This document shows positions 8,414-18,035 of a DNA stretch of 64,000 bases, piece by piece (positions within the stretch are counted from its first letter, which is position 1; every line of letters starts with the position of its first letter). A program made the position numbers and the translations under genes. The stretch lies in IMG/VR virus record IMGVR_UViG_3300032038_000064, positions 6,906 to 70,905 of that record; one strand, 5' to 3'. Origin of the DNA: a virus. Its lineage: Duplodnaviria; Caudoviricetes. The notes under the pieces were generated by a model. The model was not told the origin of the DNA. It saw only the letters and a list, made by a program, of their open reading frames with translations, and searched no databases.

Positions 8414-11380
8414 ATGATTGAAGTTTCTCAAACTTATAAAGATACATTAGCAACCGGCAGACGTAATTTTAATGCGCTTATTTATATCACACTTGCAGAC
8501 GGAACAACCTTGCCGGTACTGACGAATGCTAATTTACGTGCATTTTCTATTGATGATGCCGTTTCTGATGATAACGCATTTACTATGTTGGGTAGTACAA
8601 TTATAAATCAGTGTAGAATCACAATTGATAATTTGCACGATGAGTATAGAAACTATAATTTTAAATATGCTGACATAGTTGTATATATTGATTATGCACT
8701 GATAGACGGAACAACGGAACGCATACGAAAAGGTACATTTTATGTAGATACTGATTTATATATTAGCGGAACAGTGGAACTTACGTGTTTCGATAATATG
8801 GCAAAATTTGATAAAGATTATTCCTTGAGTAATCTACAATATCCTGCAACGATTAGAGATATTATTTTAGATGCGTGTACAGTGTGTAATGTGCCATTTT
8901 CTTATATTGAAATACCAAACGGCGACTTTTTAATTCCAGAACGTCCTAATAAAAATCAAACCACGTTTAGACAAGTGCTTGGTTGGGCTTGTCAAATTGT
9001 AGGGTGTTTTGCAAGATGTAATACATTGGGTCAACTTGAAGTAAAGTGGTGTGACCTCGATGTTCTTGAGAACGTATACGGCTCCTTAGACGGTGGTACA
9101 TTTGATGATAATACACCGTATGAAACAGGTGCAACTGCGGATGGCGGAACATTTAATCCATGGAATACGGGATATATAATATCTTCTTCGTCATTCTCAT
9201 CTCAGGCAGAATCTCATAATTTTTATTATAATTATTCACAAGATATTGCGATAGAGGACACAGTAATATCTGGAGTTAGTATAGTTGTAGATACTAATTT
9301 ATTCCTTGATAGCACAAATAAATTAGCATTAGGTATATATGACGGTAATTTAATATTAGAAAAAACTGCTGATGCTCCGGCTGATTTTTATTTAAATGAA
9401 AACGGCGAACTTGTTGTAAATTATATTAATGCGTCAGACGCCTTTTATCTCGATGAAAACGGAAGCGTGATTATGCGAACAGAATCTTCTATGGAACGGG
9501 AAGATTTTACAGATAATCAAGAGATTTATAATGCCGGCTCAGAAGGATATGTAATTACAATTGAAAAGAACGAATTAATTACCGCTGAAATCGCACAACG
9601 AGTAGTTACGCTATTAGGAGATAAACTTGTCGGAATGCGATTTAGAAAAGCAACTACGACACATATGGGAGACCCAACAATTGAAGCGGGTGACATCGCA
9701 GTGTTGTGGGATGCAAAAAATCGTTCATATCCGATAATTGTAACTCGAACAGAATTTTCAATTGGAAAACAACAAAAAACAATCTGCGGAGTAGAAAGCC
9801 CTTCTCGAAATGTTGCGACTAGATACACTGAAACTGCCCAAGCATATTTACGAATAAAAGACCAGCTCAAACGAGAAAAAACTTCGAGAGAACTTGCAGT
9901 AGAAACCTTAGCAGGAAGATTGGCGGCGTCTTCTGGATTATACAGTACAATAGAACAAACAACTGCGGGCAATATTTATTATCTACATGATAGACCTGAT
10001 TTAGACGAATCTCAGATTGTCTGGAAAATGACTGCTGAGGCGTGGGGAGTATCATCTGACGGCGGACAGACTTGGAACGGCGGCATGACAGTAGACGGCG
10101 ATACAATTGTTCGTATTTTATCCGCAGTTGGAATTGACGCTGACTGGATTAAAACAGGTATAATTCAAGATAGAAACGGTCTAAACTTTATAAATTTAGA
10201 TAATGGTAATTTACGCTTTAGAAGTTCTACGTCAGCGGCATATTTAGATTTTAATGATGCAACAATAACAACGTATAATAGATGGAGCGGCTTTAAAGGT
10301 GTAAATTTACGAGACAATAAAGTATTATTGTATAACTGGAATTCTGATGGTCAATTGGCAGGATATTTAACTTCACTCGTTAATAATGTTGATTCTACGT
10401 TTTACGGTACGGCACTTGTTAAACCGTACAATGCAAATCACGTTGCATTAGGATATGAAAGAAATACTGATCCTACTAGCTCAACTTACCGCGGTTTTGA
10501 ACTAGTAGGACGTGACACAAATACACCAGTTCTGCGTTCTAACCTTAAACATATATTTAGAGATGAGATTCAAGTACACGATTATATAAATGGTTCTTAT
10601 GAAACGTGTTTCAGACTTCATGTAGGAAATACACAAGATTCTGCAACTAAAATTACACACGTTCGTTCTAGTTATTTACATATTACAGAACAGGAAATAG
10701 TTAATAATAGCGGCATCTTAATTAGCAGTGATGCTGTTAGAAGCGCATTAGGATTAGATAGTTTTGAATATTCAACTATTACTATAACGGATGATGTAAA
10801 TATTCGAGGCGGATACGACCTTAGACTTATAAGTGGAAGTCATCTCGAACTATGCTACGGTTCTGAATTTGTTAATTTATATTCATGGCCCCAAAACGGT
10901 GAATTATGTGTTCGTTCATCCGGCGGATTATCTTGTTACGGAACTAAGAATAGAATAGTTAAAACCAAGGAATACGGGGACGTGGCGTTAAGTGCATATG
11001 AAACTACAACTCCGTATTTTGGTGACATAGGCTCTGCAAAACTTGACGCAACAGGTGTTTGTTATGTAGAATTAGATAACATCTTTTTAGCGACCATTAC
11101 TACTGACATGGAATATTTTGTATTTTTACAAAAAGAGGGTCCCGGTGATTTATGGGTTGCGAACAAGGAAAAAACATATTTTGAAATTAACGGAACACCG
11201 AATTTAAAATTTGCCTGGGAAGTTAAAGCACGACAAGTGGGATATGAAAAACAGCGTTTAGAGCGTGACTATGCCGCAAGTGACGAAGAATCGGTGAATT
11301 ATGCTGATTTAGGATTCTCAGAATATGTTCAATTCGTAAACCAATTCAATAATCAATCGTTACCGAGTGACGATGAGTAA
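8414..11380 (+). CDS. baseplate hub / tail spike protein
   Basis: 988 aa; N-terminal hub region (IAIEDTVISGVSI, IEAGD, GVESPSRN), DGGTF repeats, C-terminal YFGDIG...YFVFLQKEG.GDLWV...KFAWEVKARQ domain common in Firmicute phage tails. Confidence 0.75.
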   Translation: MIEVSQTYKDTLATGRRNFNALIYITLADGTTLPVLTNANLRAFSIDDAVSDDNAFTMLGSTIINQCRITIDNLHDEYRNYNFKYADIVVYIDYALIDGTTERIRKGTFYVDTDLYISGTVELTCFDNMAKFDKDYSLSNLQYPATIRDIILDACTVCNVPFSYIEIPNGDFLIPERPNKNQTTFRQVLGWACQIVGCFARCNTLGQLEVKWCDLDVLENVYGSLDGGTFDDNTPYETGATADGGTFNPWNTGYIISSSSFSSQAESHNFYYNYSQDIAIEDTVISGVSIVVDTNLFLDSTNKLALGIYDGNLILEKTADAPADFYLNENGELVVNYINASDAFYLDENGSVIMRTESSMEREDFTDNQEIYNAGSEGYVITIEKNELITAEIAQRVVTLLGDKLVGMRFRKATTTHMGDPTIEAGDIAVLWDAKNRSYPIIVTRTEFSIGKQQKTICGVESPSRNVATRYTETAQAYLRIKDQLKREKTSRELAVETLAGRLAASSGLYSTIEQTTAGNIYYLHDRPDLDESQIVWKMTAEAWGVSSDGGQTWNGGMTVDGDTIVRILSAVGIDADWIKTGIIQDRNGLNFINLDNGNLRFRSSTSAAYLDFNDATITTYNRWSGFKGVNLRDNKVLLYNWNSDGQLAGYLTSLVNNVDSTFYGTALVKPYNANHVALGYERNTDPTSSTYRGFELVGRDTNTPVLRSNLKHIFRDEIQVHDYINGSYETCFRLHVGNTQDSATKITHVRSSYLHITEQEIVNNSGILISSDAVRSALGLDSFEYSTITITDDVNIRGGYDLRLISGSHLELCYGSEFVNLYSWPQNGELCVRSSGGLSCYGTKNRIVKTKEYGDVALSAYETTTPYFGDIGSAKLDATGVCYVELDNIFLATITTDMEYFVFLQKEGPGDLWVANKEKTYFEINGTPNLKFAWEVKARQVGYEKQRLERDYAASDEESVNYADLGFSEYVQFVNQFNNQSLPSDDE

Positions 11381-11410
11381 GTTTAACTATATATAAATAA
11401 GGAGAATACA

Positions 11411-11611
11411 ATGATTAGAATTACAAGTTTCACACATTTTCTTACTGGTGAAGGCAATCGAATCGCATACTCATATTCTGAAATTTCCGAAACTGGTGAA
11501 ATCGAAAAACAAAATGAGCGCGGAAATTTCATTGTTGTAGATTCAGAAACCCTCGCCGCAATTAATTTAATTAATTCTAAAATTCAACAGAAATTAGAAG
11601 CAACTGAATAA
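11411..11611 (+). CDS. hypothetical protein
   Basis: 66 aa, AAGGAG RBS. Confidence 0.5.
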   Translation: MIRITSFTHFLTGEGNRIAYSYSEISETGEIEKQNERGNFIVVDSETLAAINLINSKIQQKLEATE

Positions 11612-11622
11612 GAGGTATTTAC

Positions 11623-12714
11623 ATGGCTATACAAAACAGACGCGGTAATTATGCTGACTTTGACCCACAGAAAATGGTTGCGGGTGAATGGGCAGTTGTA
11701 CAGTCCGGTGATCCAAATTCAACAAGGGGCAAAGCCGTATATATGGCGTTTAATGTAGGAGATATTGAACGTATGGCAACATACGAAGATATGCAGGAGA
11801 ATATCGTATCTGCTACATCTGACGTTCAGGCACAATTCGCATCGGAATTAACGCAGACAATTAATGACGCAAATTCGGCAGTAGATGATATGCAAACTAG
11901 TATTGATAATGAAATACAGTCTGCATCGGATACAGTAGCAACTTTGACTACAAATACTAATACTGCTATAAATTCGGCAAATACCGCGGCGGCAACTGCG
12001 AATGCGGCGGCAGACCGTGCGAATGACGCAGTAGAAGCAATTCAAGCAATTATTGATACGGATTCAGTCGTATTATCCTGGAACGGTAGAACAGGAGAGG
12101 TTAATCCGCAGGTCGGTGATTATACGTCCGCACAAATAACCCATGGGTCAGGTACTGTATCTTCGGCATTAACATTTGATTCTGCACCAACAGCAGGTAG
12201 TCAGCGAGCAGTACAGTCAGGAGGAGTATACTCTGTTCTTGGCAATGAGACGATGGGAACAACTGCTACAACTATTACAGGAGCAATAGCGGAATTAGTA
12301 ACTAAGCGAAGTAATAACTTAGTAGTCGGATATGGTGGTTCAAGAGACCTTAGCACGACTTTTGTTATTGTTCCAGTAACTAACGAATATGTATTAGGTG
12401 CATCATTTGAAAAAGTTAGTGATGGCGGGTATCGTGCAACTAAAGACGGTGTAGTATTAGTTTCTGCATATTGTTACGCTTCGGGATTTAATACTGATGA
12501 TGTTGTAGTACTTTCAATTGGACGATATAACAACAGTTGGGTTTGGACATCTGATACTATTGTTATGACTGCGGGTACAACACAACGTACCGGTGTTATA
12601 GCCAATTTTCCTGTACAAGTTAATGCAGGTGATATTATTTATCTACGTGCTAGAAATGCCGCAGCCGCAAGAGGAAGTGTAGCAAGTTCCAGGCTTGTAA
12701 TTGAATACATTTAA
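11623..12714 (+). CDS. tail fibre / receptor-binding protein
   Basis: N-terminal IQNRRG...GEWAVV (Mtd-N-like), Ala/Asn-rich coiled stretch, SWNGRTG repeat motif, beta-rich C-terminal head. Confidence 0.7.
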   Translation: MAIQNRRGNYADFDPQKMVAGEWAVVQSGDPNSTRGKAVYMAFNVGDIERMATYEDMQENIVSATSDVQAQFASELTQTINDANSAVDDMQTSIDNEIQSASDTVATLTTNTNTAINSANTAAATANAAADRANDAVEAIQAIIDTDSVVLSWNGRTGEVNPQVGDYTSAQITHGSGTVSSALTFDSAPTAGSQRAVQSGGVYSVLGNETMGTTATTITGAIAELVTKRSNNLVVGYGGSRDLSTTFVIVPVTNEYVLGASFEKVSDGGYRATKDGVVLVSAYCYASGFNTDDVVVLSIGRYNNSWVWTSDTIVMTAGTTQRTGVIANFPVQVNAGDIIYLRARNAAAARGSVASSRLVIEYI

Positions 12715-12721
12715 TTACCAT

Positions 12722-12922
12722 ATGCAACTATATGATTTTACCGTTCCTGAATTAAATAAGTTTCGTGAACTCTGTAATTTCACACCGGATGAATTAGCCT
12801 ATTTTGAATTGCGCTCAAAATATAAGTCAAACGTGGAAATTGCATTAACGATGCACATAAGCGAAGCAAAAGTATCAAAACTAGCACGAAAAGTTAAAGA
12901 TAAAATAATTAGAGTGGTATAG
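12722..12922 (+). CDS. LuxR/sigma-type HTH DNA-binding protein
   Basis: CNFTPDELAYFELRSKYKSNVEIALTMHISEAKVSKL helix-turn-helix pattern. Confidence 0.6.
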   Translation: MQLYDFTVPELNKFRELCNFTPDELAYFELRSKYKSNVEIALTMHISEAKVSKLARKVKDKIIRVV

Positions 12923-12942
12923 AATTTTCATATAATTTTCGT

Positions 12943-12974
12943 AAGAGAATCGCATAATTGCGGTTCTCTTTTTT
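12943..12974 (+). terminator. intrinsic terminator
   Basis: AAGAGAATCGC-ataatt-GCGGTTCTCTT followed by a T-run. Confidence 0.7.
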
Positions 12975-13016
12975 ATTTTATGCTCTTTATAGAACAAATA
13001 AGTAAGGAGCGTACAC

Positions 13017-13142
13017 ATGAGAGACATAGGATTTGTATTAAATGACATAATGCGAATCAATAACTGCTCTCCTGTGTGCGCTCTTTTTATGCTTACAGAA
13101 AAGGATAAGAGCAGTGAGTTACATAAATTACAATCCGAATGA
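13017..13142 (+). CDS. small hypothetical protein (41 aa, not in ORF track)
   Basis: TAAGGAG RBS; ATGA overlap with the next gene. Confidence 0.45.
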   Translation: MRDIGFVLNDIMRINNCSPVCALFMLTEKDKSSELHKLQSE

Positions 13143-13513
13143 ATATTATAGAGGTAAATGACGCAATAAGAGAATTGGAATCTGCTGATGCTTCTTTATA
13201 TAATATTCGCAATTTAGCGTCACTATATATAGTACAAGGACAAATGCAAGGTAAATTAAATTCTGTGATGCAACAATCTAATGATGCGGTATTAACAGAA
13301 CTATATGAAGTCATACCGTCTTATAAACAATACGTAATCGCAAAAAGGCGGAGACAACTTAATGAAATATCTGAGGACCTAGTGTTAGATACATTAAGTC
13401 GATTAGGAAAGGAATTAAGAGATTTTGTAAAATCTTTATATACGGCTACTGCAAGTGAAAACGAACGAATATTATTAAGCAAGATAATTACCGATTTAAA
13501 GAACGTCACATGA
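13139..13513 (+). CDS. hypothetical protein
   Basis: 124 aa ORF coupled to the upstream gene and followed by a terminator. Confidence 0.55.
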   Translation: MNIIEVNDAIRELESADASLYNIRNLASLYIVQGQMQGKLNSVMQQSNDAVLTELYEVIPSYKQYVIAKRRRQLNEISEDLVLDTLSRLGKELRDFVKSLYTATASENERILLSKIITDLKNVT

Positions 13514-13524
13514 CGTTCTTTTTT
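13499..13524 (+). terminator. intrinsic terminator
   Basis: AAGAACGTCA-ca-TGACGTTCTT plus TTTT. Confidence 0.6.
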
Positions 13525-13526
13525 AT

Positions 13527-13556
13527 TTGACAAAATACATAGTTACGTAGTATAAT
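13527..13556 (+). promoter_or_regulatory. sigma-A type promoter
   Basis: TTGACA-N18-TATAAT followed by ATTA. Confidence 0.7.
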
Positions 13557-13603
13557 ATTAAAGTAGAAATTAACTCAGAACTCAAAAAACGTGAGGTACT
13601 AAA

Positions 13604-14125
13604 ATGAAAGATTTAAACACACTGTTACAGGATGCAAAAGATGTTCTTGATGATTTAGGTATTGAGTATGGAAAGATTGTTCACTGCTATGTGAATAACC
13701 GAGCGCAAAGGCGTTGGGGTCAGTGTCGCAGAGTTGGAAATAACGTTTATGAAATTGAAATTTCCCGTAGTCTCATGACAGATGATGTTACTTGGGAAGC
13801 GGCAATGAACACGATGATTCACGAACTTCTCCACGCACACAAAGACAGAATGTGTCACACAGGTGAGTGGAAAAGATGTGCAGAACTTGTGAATAGAGAA
13901 TATCCTATTTACAATATCAAAAGATGCAGTTCCGCAGAAGAACGTGGTGTAAATATCAGTAACGCTCGGCATTATAATTACAAGGTTGTTTGTGATAATT
14001 GCGGAACTACTTGTTACTACACAAGAGCGGGAAAAGCAATTAAGAAAATTCAAGCATACGGTTCAGCATCCGGATATTTTTGTACAAAATGCAAGAGCAA
14101 AAATTTATATGTGGAGGTATTATAA
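13604..14125 (+). CDS. SprT-like zinc metalloprotease
   Basis: RRWGQC, HELLH (HExxH), H.GEWK and C-terminal CxxC...CxxC zinc ribbon. Confidence 0.85.
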   Translation: MKDLNTLLQDAKDVLDDLGIEYGKIVHCYVNNRAQRRWGQCRRVGNNVYEIEISRSLMTDDVTWEAAMNTMIHELLHAHKDRMCHTGEWKRCAELVNREYPIYNIKRCSSAEERGVNISNARHYNYKVVCDNCGTTCYYTRAGKAIKKIQAYGSASGYFCTKCKSKNLYVEVL

Positions 14126-14334
14126 TGGCAAAGAGGTCAAACAGATGGAGTTGGGAAGAGTGCAGAAAAATTATACAGGAGCATAAAGATAAAACGAATT
14201 GGTTTAATGAAACAATTTCAATGGACAGTATGTTCAATATGCTTCGCTACGACATGAAGTTTGGAGCGGCGGAAGCAACAATCATTATAGCGGCACTAAT
14301 ATTAGCGGGAGCAAGATTTTCTGACAGACAATAA
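14125..14334 (+). CDS. hypothetical protein
   Basis: GGAGG RBS; ATG overlaps the SprT stop; 69 aa. Confidence 0.55.
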   Translation: MAKRSNRWSWEECRKIIQEHKDKTNWFNETISMDSMFNMLRYDMKFGAAEATIIIAALILAGARFSDRQ

Positions 14335-14341
14335 GCGTTTT

Positions 14342-14378
14342 GGTAGCAGTATGACTTTACTCATACTGCTATCTTTTT
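14342..14378 (+). terminator. intrinsic terminator
   Basis: GGTAGCAGTATGA-ctttac-TCATACTGCTATC plus TTTTT. Confidence 0.75.
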
Positions 14379-14379
14379 G

Positions 14380-14409
14380 TTGACAGAATATTATACAACG
14401 TGATACAAT
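14380..14409 (+). promoter_or_regulatory. sigma-A type promoter
   Basis: TTGACA-N18-TACAAT with TG extension, followed by ATTA. Confidence 0.65.
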
Positions 14410-14452
14410 ATTATTGTAGACATATAGATTAAGTTCTGAAAGGAGAACTAAG

Positions 14453-16144
14453 GTGATTAATATAAACATTGCAAACTCAAAAAAGTGTAACGGTGATTAT
14501 TCCATGTTTATTACATTCGACTACGACCAGAAGATTGTCGATGTAATCAGAGAATTTCCTTCTCGTGCATGGGATAAAGAGAAAAAAGAGTGGGAAGTTC
14601 CTTTTACAAAACTCAGTGAGTTCATTACAAAACTGTCCGATTATGACTTTGATATTACGGGCGAATTTGTAACTCTTGAAAAGCCGAAAGCAGTAACTCC
14701 TCACGGATTCAAGTTCAAGACAACTCCGTTTCAGCATCAGGTTGACGGATTCAATTACGGCTTACAGTATGACAGATGGCTTCTCGGTGATGAACAGGGA
14801 CTTGGAAAGACAAAGCAGGTAATTGACATTGCAGTTGCTAAAAAGTTGCAGAAAGGTTATAAGCACTGTCTCATCATCTGCGGAGTAAATGGTCTGAAAT
14901 GGAACTGGCTCAATGAGATTCATACTCACAGCGATGAGAGCGGATGGATTCTCGGACAGCGTTATAAGAATCGTAAACTTGTCATTGGCTCTAACACTGA
15001 TAAATTATACGATTTAACGCACTTAGACGCTATTTCTGACTACTTTCTTATTACTAATGTAGAAAGTATGCGTGATGAGGCTATCGTCGCTCAAATCGCA
15101 AAATACGCAAAGTCTAAAGAGATTGGTATTGTTGCGATTGATGAAGTACACAAGTGCAAGAATCCTTCTTCTCAGCAAGGTAAGGGCATTCTCAAAGTTC
15201 AGCCCGAGTGCAGAATCGCAATGACAGGAACTCCTCTTATGAACAACCCGCTTGATTTATACATTATTCTCAGATGGCTTGGATATGAGAAACATGCCTT
15301 CTACGCATTCAAAAAGCATTATTGCGTGTTCGGCGGTTATGGCGGATATGAGATTATGGGATACAGAAATCTCGATGAACTTCGGGAGCAACTTGATTCT
15401 ATCATGCTTCGCAGACTGAAAAAGGATGTTCTTGACCTTCCCGAAAAAACTCATATCAATGAGTACGTAGAAATGACTCCAAAGCAGGAGATTATTTACA
15501 AAGAAGTCACTGCTCAGATTAGAGCAAATATCGACCAGATTAAGATGGCGAATAATCCGCTTGCTGAACTTATCAGAATGAGACAGGCAACTGGTTATAC
15601 TGGCATTCTTTCTTCTACAATTAAAGAATCTGCTAAACTTGACAGAATGGAAGAACTTGTAGAAGAAGCAGTAGAAAACGGAAAGAAAGTCGTTATCTTC
15701 TCTAACTGGACACAGATGACTGATGCTATTTGCCGTAGATTAAATAAATGGCAAGCGGGTCGCGGATATTATCATGCAATAATTACAGGAGAGACTCCGG
15801 ATGATAATAGACCTTTAATTGTTGATAAATTTCAGAATGATGATAATTGTAAAGTTATAGTTGGTACTATCGGTGCTATGGGTACTGGACTTACTCTGAC
15901 AGCAGGAACAGTCGAAATCTTTATGGATGAGCCGTGGAATCGTGCTAACAAAGAGCAGGCAGAAGATAGATGCCATCGTGTTGGAACTACTGAAAATATC
16001 ACAATTTATACACTGCTTTGCAAAGGTACAATTGATGAGCGAATCAATGAACTTGTAGAGAAGAAAGGAGCAATGGCTGACGCTCTTGTAGACGGCACGA
16101 TTGCTATTGATAAGAGCGAACTGTTGGAGTTCCTTATCGGATAG
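14453..16144 (+). CDS. SNF2-family (SMARCAL1/HARP-like) helicase
   Basis: GDEQGLGKT Walker A, DEVH, MTGTPLMN, MLRRLKKDVL, QAEDRCHRVG motifs; N-terminal HARP-like WDKEKKEWEVP. Confidence 0.9.
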   Translation: MININIANSKKCNGDYSMFITFDYDQKIVDVIREFPSRAWDKEKKEWEVPFTKLSEFITKLSDYDFDITGEFVTLEKPKAVTPHGFKFKTTPFQHQVDGFNYGLQYDRWLLGDEQGLGKTKQVIDIAVAKKLQKGYKHCLIICGVNGLKWNWLNEIHTHSDESGWILGQRYKNRKLVIGSNTDKLYDLTHLDAISDYFLITNVESMRDEAIVAQIAKYAKSKEIGIVAIDEVHKCKNPSSQQGKGILKVQPECRIAMTGTPLMNNPLDLYIILRWLGYEKHAFYAFKKHYCVFGGYGGYEIMGYRNLDELREQLDSIMLRRLKKDVLDLPEKTHINEYVEMTPKQEIIYKEVTAQIRANIDQIKMANNPLAELIRMRQATGYTGILSSTIKESAKLDRMEELVEEAVENGKKVVIFSNWTQMTDAICRRLNKWQAGRGYYHAIITGETPDDNRPLIVDKFQNDDNCKVIVGTIGAMGTGLTLTAGTVEIFMDEPWNRANKEQAEDRCHRVGTTENITIYTLLCKGTIDERINELVEKKGAMADALVDGTIAIDKSELLEFLIG

Positions 16145-16152
16145 ATAACGTG

Positions 16153-16181
16153 TTGACAACGTTCTGTTCATGTGCTATAAT
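16153..16181 (+). promoter_or_regulatory. sigma-A type promoter
   Basis: TTGACA-N17-TATAAT with TG extension. Confidence 0.75.
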
Positions 16182-16260
16182 ATTGAAAAATAGTACGTGA
16201 ACAGAACACTCAGAGAAAGGAAGATGCTTATGATTGATTAATAATTAGTGAGGTGAAGTA

Positions 16261-16605
16261 ATGGAACAGGAACAACGAGAGAAAATGATTTTTTCATTAA
16301 ACGGCTTTGGCAATGAACGATTGCTTAGAGTTGAAGAAGTAGCAGTAAGAATTGGCAGTTCTCTTAATACAATCAATAACTGGTACAGATTTAAGAGAGA
16401 AAATCCCAATGACAAGTACGCAAAATTGTTACCGGAATTTTATCAATTTGAAGGGCCAAGACAAACAAGATATTGGAAAGAATCTGATATTCCTAGATTG
16501 ATTGATTTTAAGACAACAATTCCGAAAGGTTGTAACGGCATTATGGGAAGTGTAACTCAGCGTTATTACAAGAAGAGAAAAAAGGAATCAGATGGACAAG
16601 AGTAA
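16261..16605 (+). CDS. MerR/AlpA/excisionase-like HTH protein
   Basis: LLRVEEVAVRIGSSLNTINNWYR...RYWKESDI wing motif. Confidence 0.65.
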   Translation: MEQEQREKMIFSLNGFGNERLLRVEEVAVRIGSSLNTINNWYRFKRENPNDKYAKLLPEFYQFEGPRQTRYWKESDIPRLIDFKTTIPKGCNGIMGSVTQRYYKKRKKESDGQE

Positions 16606-16756
16606 GTGTTGTAGGTGCGAGAATAAATCTTATACATATTGCTCCAACTGTATAGAGGACAGCAACTTTAAACCGAGTTGTTCATACGAAGAGTGGAAAC
16701 AACAACGTAAACAAGAAAGTAGGAAAGAGCGTGGGAAATTTAGAAAAACTAGATGA
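16592..16756 (+). CDS. small Cys-rich hypothetical protein (54 aa, not in ORF track)
   Basis: MDKSKCCRCENKSYTYCSNC; AAGGA RBS; overlaps both neighbours. Confidence 0.4.
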   Translation: MDKSKCCRCENKSYTYCSNCIEDSNFKPSCSYEEWKQQRKQESRKERGKFRKTR

Positions 16757-17141
16757 ATTAGTTCCCAAATATGGGGAAGAAAAGTCTGTTATGGACAGAT
16801 ATAAAAAATTGTGTGATATGGATAATAAGTTAATTAAAGAACTTATGGAAGATTTAGCACTACAGCACTATACATCAGACGGATATAAAGTCACACGGTC
16901 TGTTCAAGAGCGAGAAAGTGTGGATGAAGATTTACTTCTTAATCTTTTGAAACCATTTCCTGAGGTACAAGTACATAATATTATCAAAACAAAGGAATAT
17001 GTTGATTTTGATGCACTTGAGGCGGCATTATATAAAGATGCACTGCCTAAAGACGTTCTTTTAGCGATTGATAAAGCCAGGACAATAAAACTTGTTACAA
17101 CGCTGAAAGTGTCAAAGGTTAAAAAGAAGGAGACTGAGTAG
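16731..17141 (+). CDS. hypothetical protein
   Basis: 136 aa charged ORF in operon context. Confidence 0.55.
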   Translation: MGNLEKLDELVPKYGEEKSVMDRYKKLCDMDNKLIKELMEDLALQHYTSDGYKVTRSVQERESVDEDLLLNLLKPFPEVQVHNIIKTKEYVDFDALEAALYKDALPKDVLLAIDKARTIKLVTTLKVSKVKKKETE

Positions 17142-17232
17142 TGTATATAAATCAAGTTGTTGTAGGTGTCGTGGGGACACTGTTTGTAGAAGCAGTAGCA
17201 TTTATTATAGTTTCAATTTTGTGGAGTAAAAA

Positions 17233-17436
17233 ATGAGTGTAGGAGTGACAACAGCAATCAGAATAACAAGCAGAGCATCCATTAAAGTAAAGGATTCATT
17301 CTATACAATTGAATATTGTGAGGAAAGAAGTATTCCAGAGGGCGCAGATTTAGAAGAAGAGCGTGCCGACTTGTGGGGAGTGTGTAACACAGAGGTAGAC
17401 AATCAACTTGAGGACATCATACGAATGTCAAAATAG
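17233..17436 (+). CDS. hypothetical protein
   Basis: 67 aa, GGAG RBS. Confidence 0.5.
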   Translation: MSVGVTTAIRITSRASIKVKDSFYTIEYCEERSIPEGADLEEERADLWGVCNTEVDNQLEDIIRMSK

Positions 17437-17439
17437 TTC

Positions 17440-17468
17440 TTGTTTTCTACTAGTATATGTGCTATAAT
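17440..17468 (+). promoter_or_regulatory. sigma-A type promoter of the replication operon
   Basis: TTGTTT-N17-TATAAT with TG extension. Confidence 0.6.
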
Positions 17469-17505
17469 TATTAGTGTTGATAGAGATGTCAACGCAAGCA
17501 AATAG

Positions 17506-17615
17506 GTTAGCTTTCACTTCCGGCAGAGTGTCAGCGAGATACCTCATCAGAAGTAAGGCTAACAAAGTCTATACATTTACATTGCCGGATGTAATTGTAT
17601 AGACTTATTTGTTTT
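17506..17615 (+). promoter_or_regulatory. structured 5' leader with terminator-like hairpin and possible alternative pairing
   Basis: Hairpin AGTCTATACA/TGTATAGACT with inner TTACAT/ATGTAA and a T-rich tail; its loop region TGCCGGA (17583-89) is complementary to TCCGGCA (17519-25). Confidence 0.45.
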
Positions 17616-17627
17616 ATAGGAGGATTT

Positions 17628-18035
17628 ATGTTAAGAAACTATATTACGGATACTGCATCAATCTTTGTGAACTTTCCAAACGAAGCATACGAATATTTCC
17701 TGCCTGGTATTGATATTGATATTATCGACATTGGCATACTTAAACATATTCACACGTTACCGTTATTTTTAGCAAGAACGTGTGATGGACCTAGTAAATT
17801 GGTTGTCGAAACCGTTACAACGAGTAATAGTGACTATGTTCTCTTTTTTGAATTTTCTGAACTGGAGTTTTACACTTGTTATCCTCTGTTTAACGTACAA
17901 ACTGAATTGACTATGAAGGATAGGTTGAATAGACTTGTAAAAAATGGATTACTTACATCTGTTCAATCAAATGAATTTCCGGACGTTACACTGTATCGCA
18001 CAACAGAATTATATGAGGAGTTATTCGTATGTTAA
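17628..18035 (+). CDS. winged-helix protein resembling the initiator N-terminus
   Basis: AGGAGG RBS supports ATG 17628; YPLFNV...TMKDRLNRLVKNGLL recognition-helix pattern. Confidence 0.55.
   Translation: MLRNYITDTASIFVNFPNEAYEYFLPGIDIDIIDIGILKHIHTLPLFLARTCDGPSKLVVETVTTSNSDYVLFFEFSELEFYTCYPLFNVQTELTMKDRLNRLVKNGLLTSVQSNEFPDVTLYRTTELYEELFVC

Noticed and set aside
16261-16605. Excisionase implying an integration module
   Set aside because: No integrase or att site is visible in the window, so lifestyle cannot be called from this gene.
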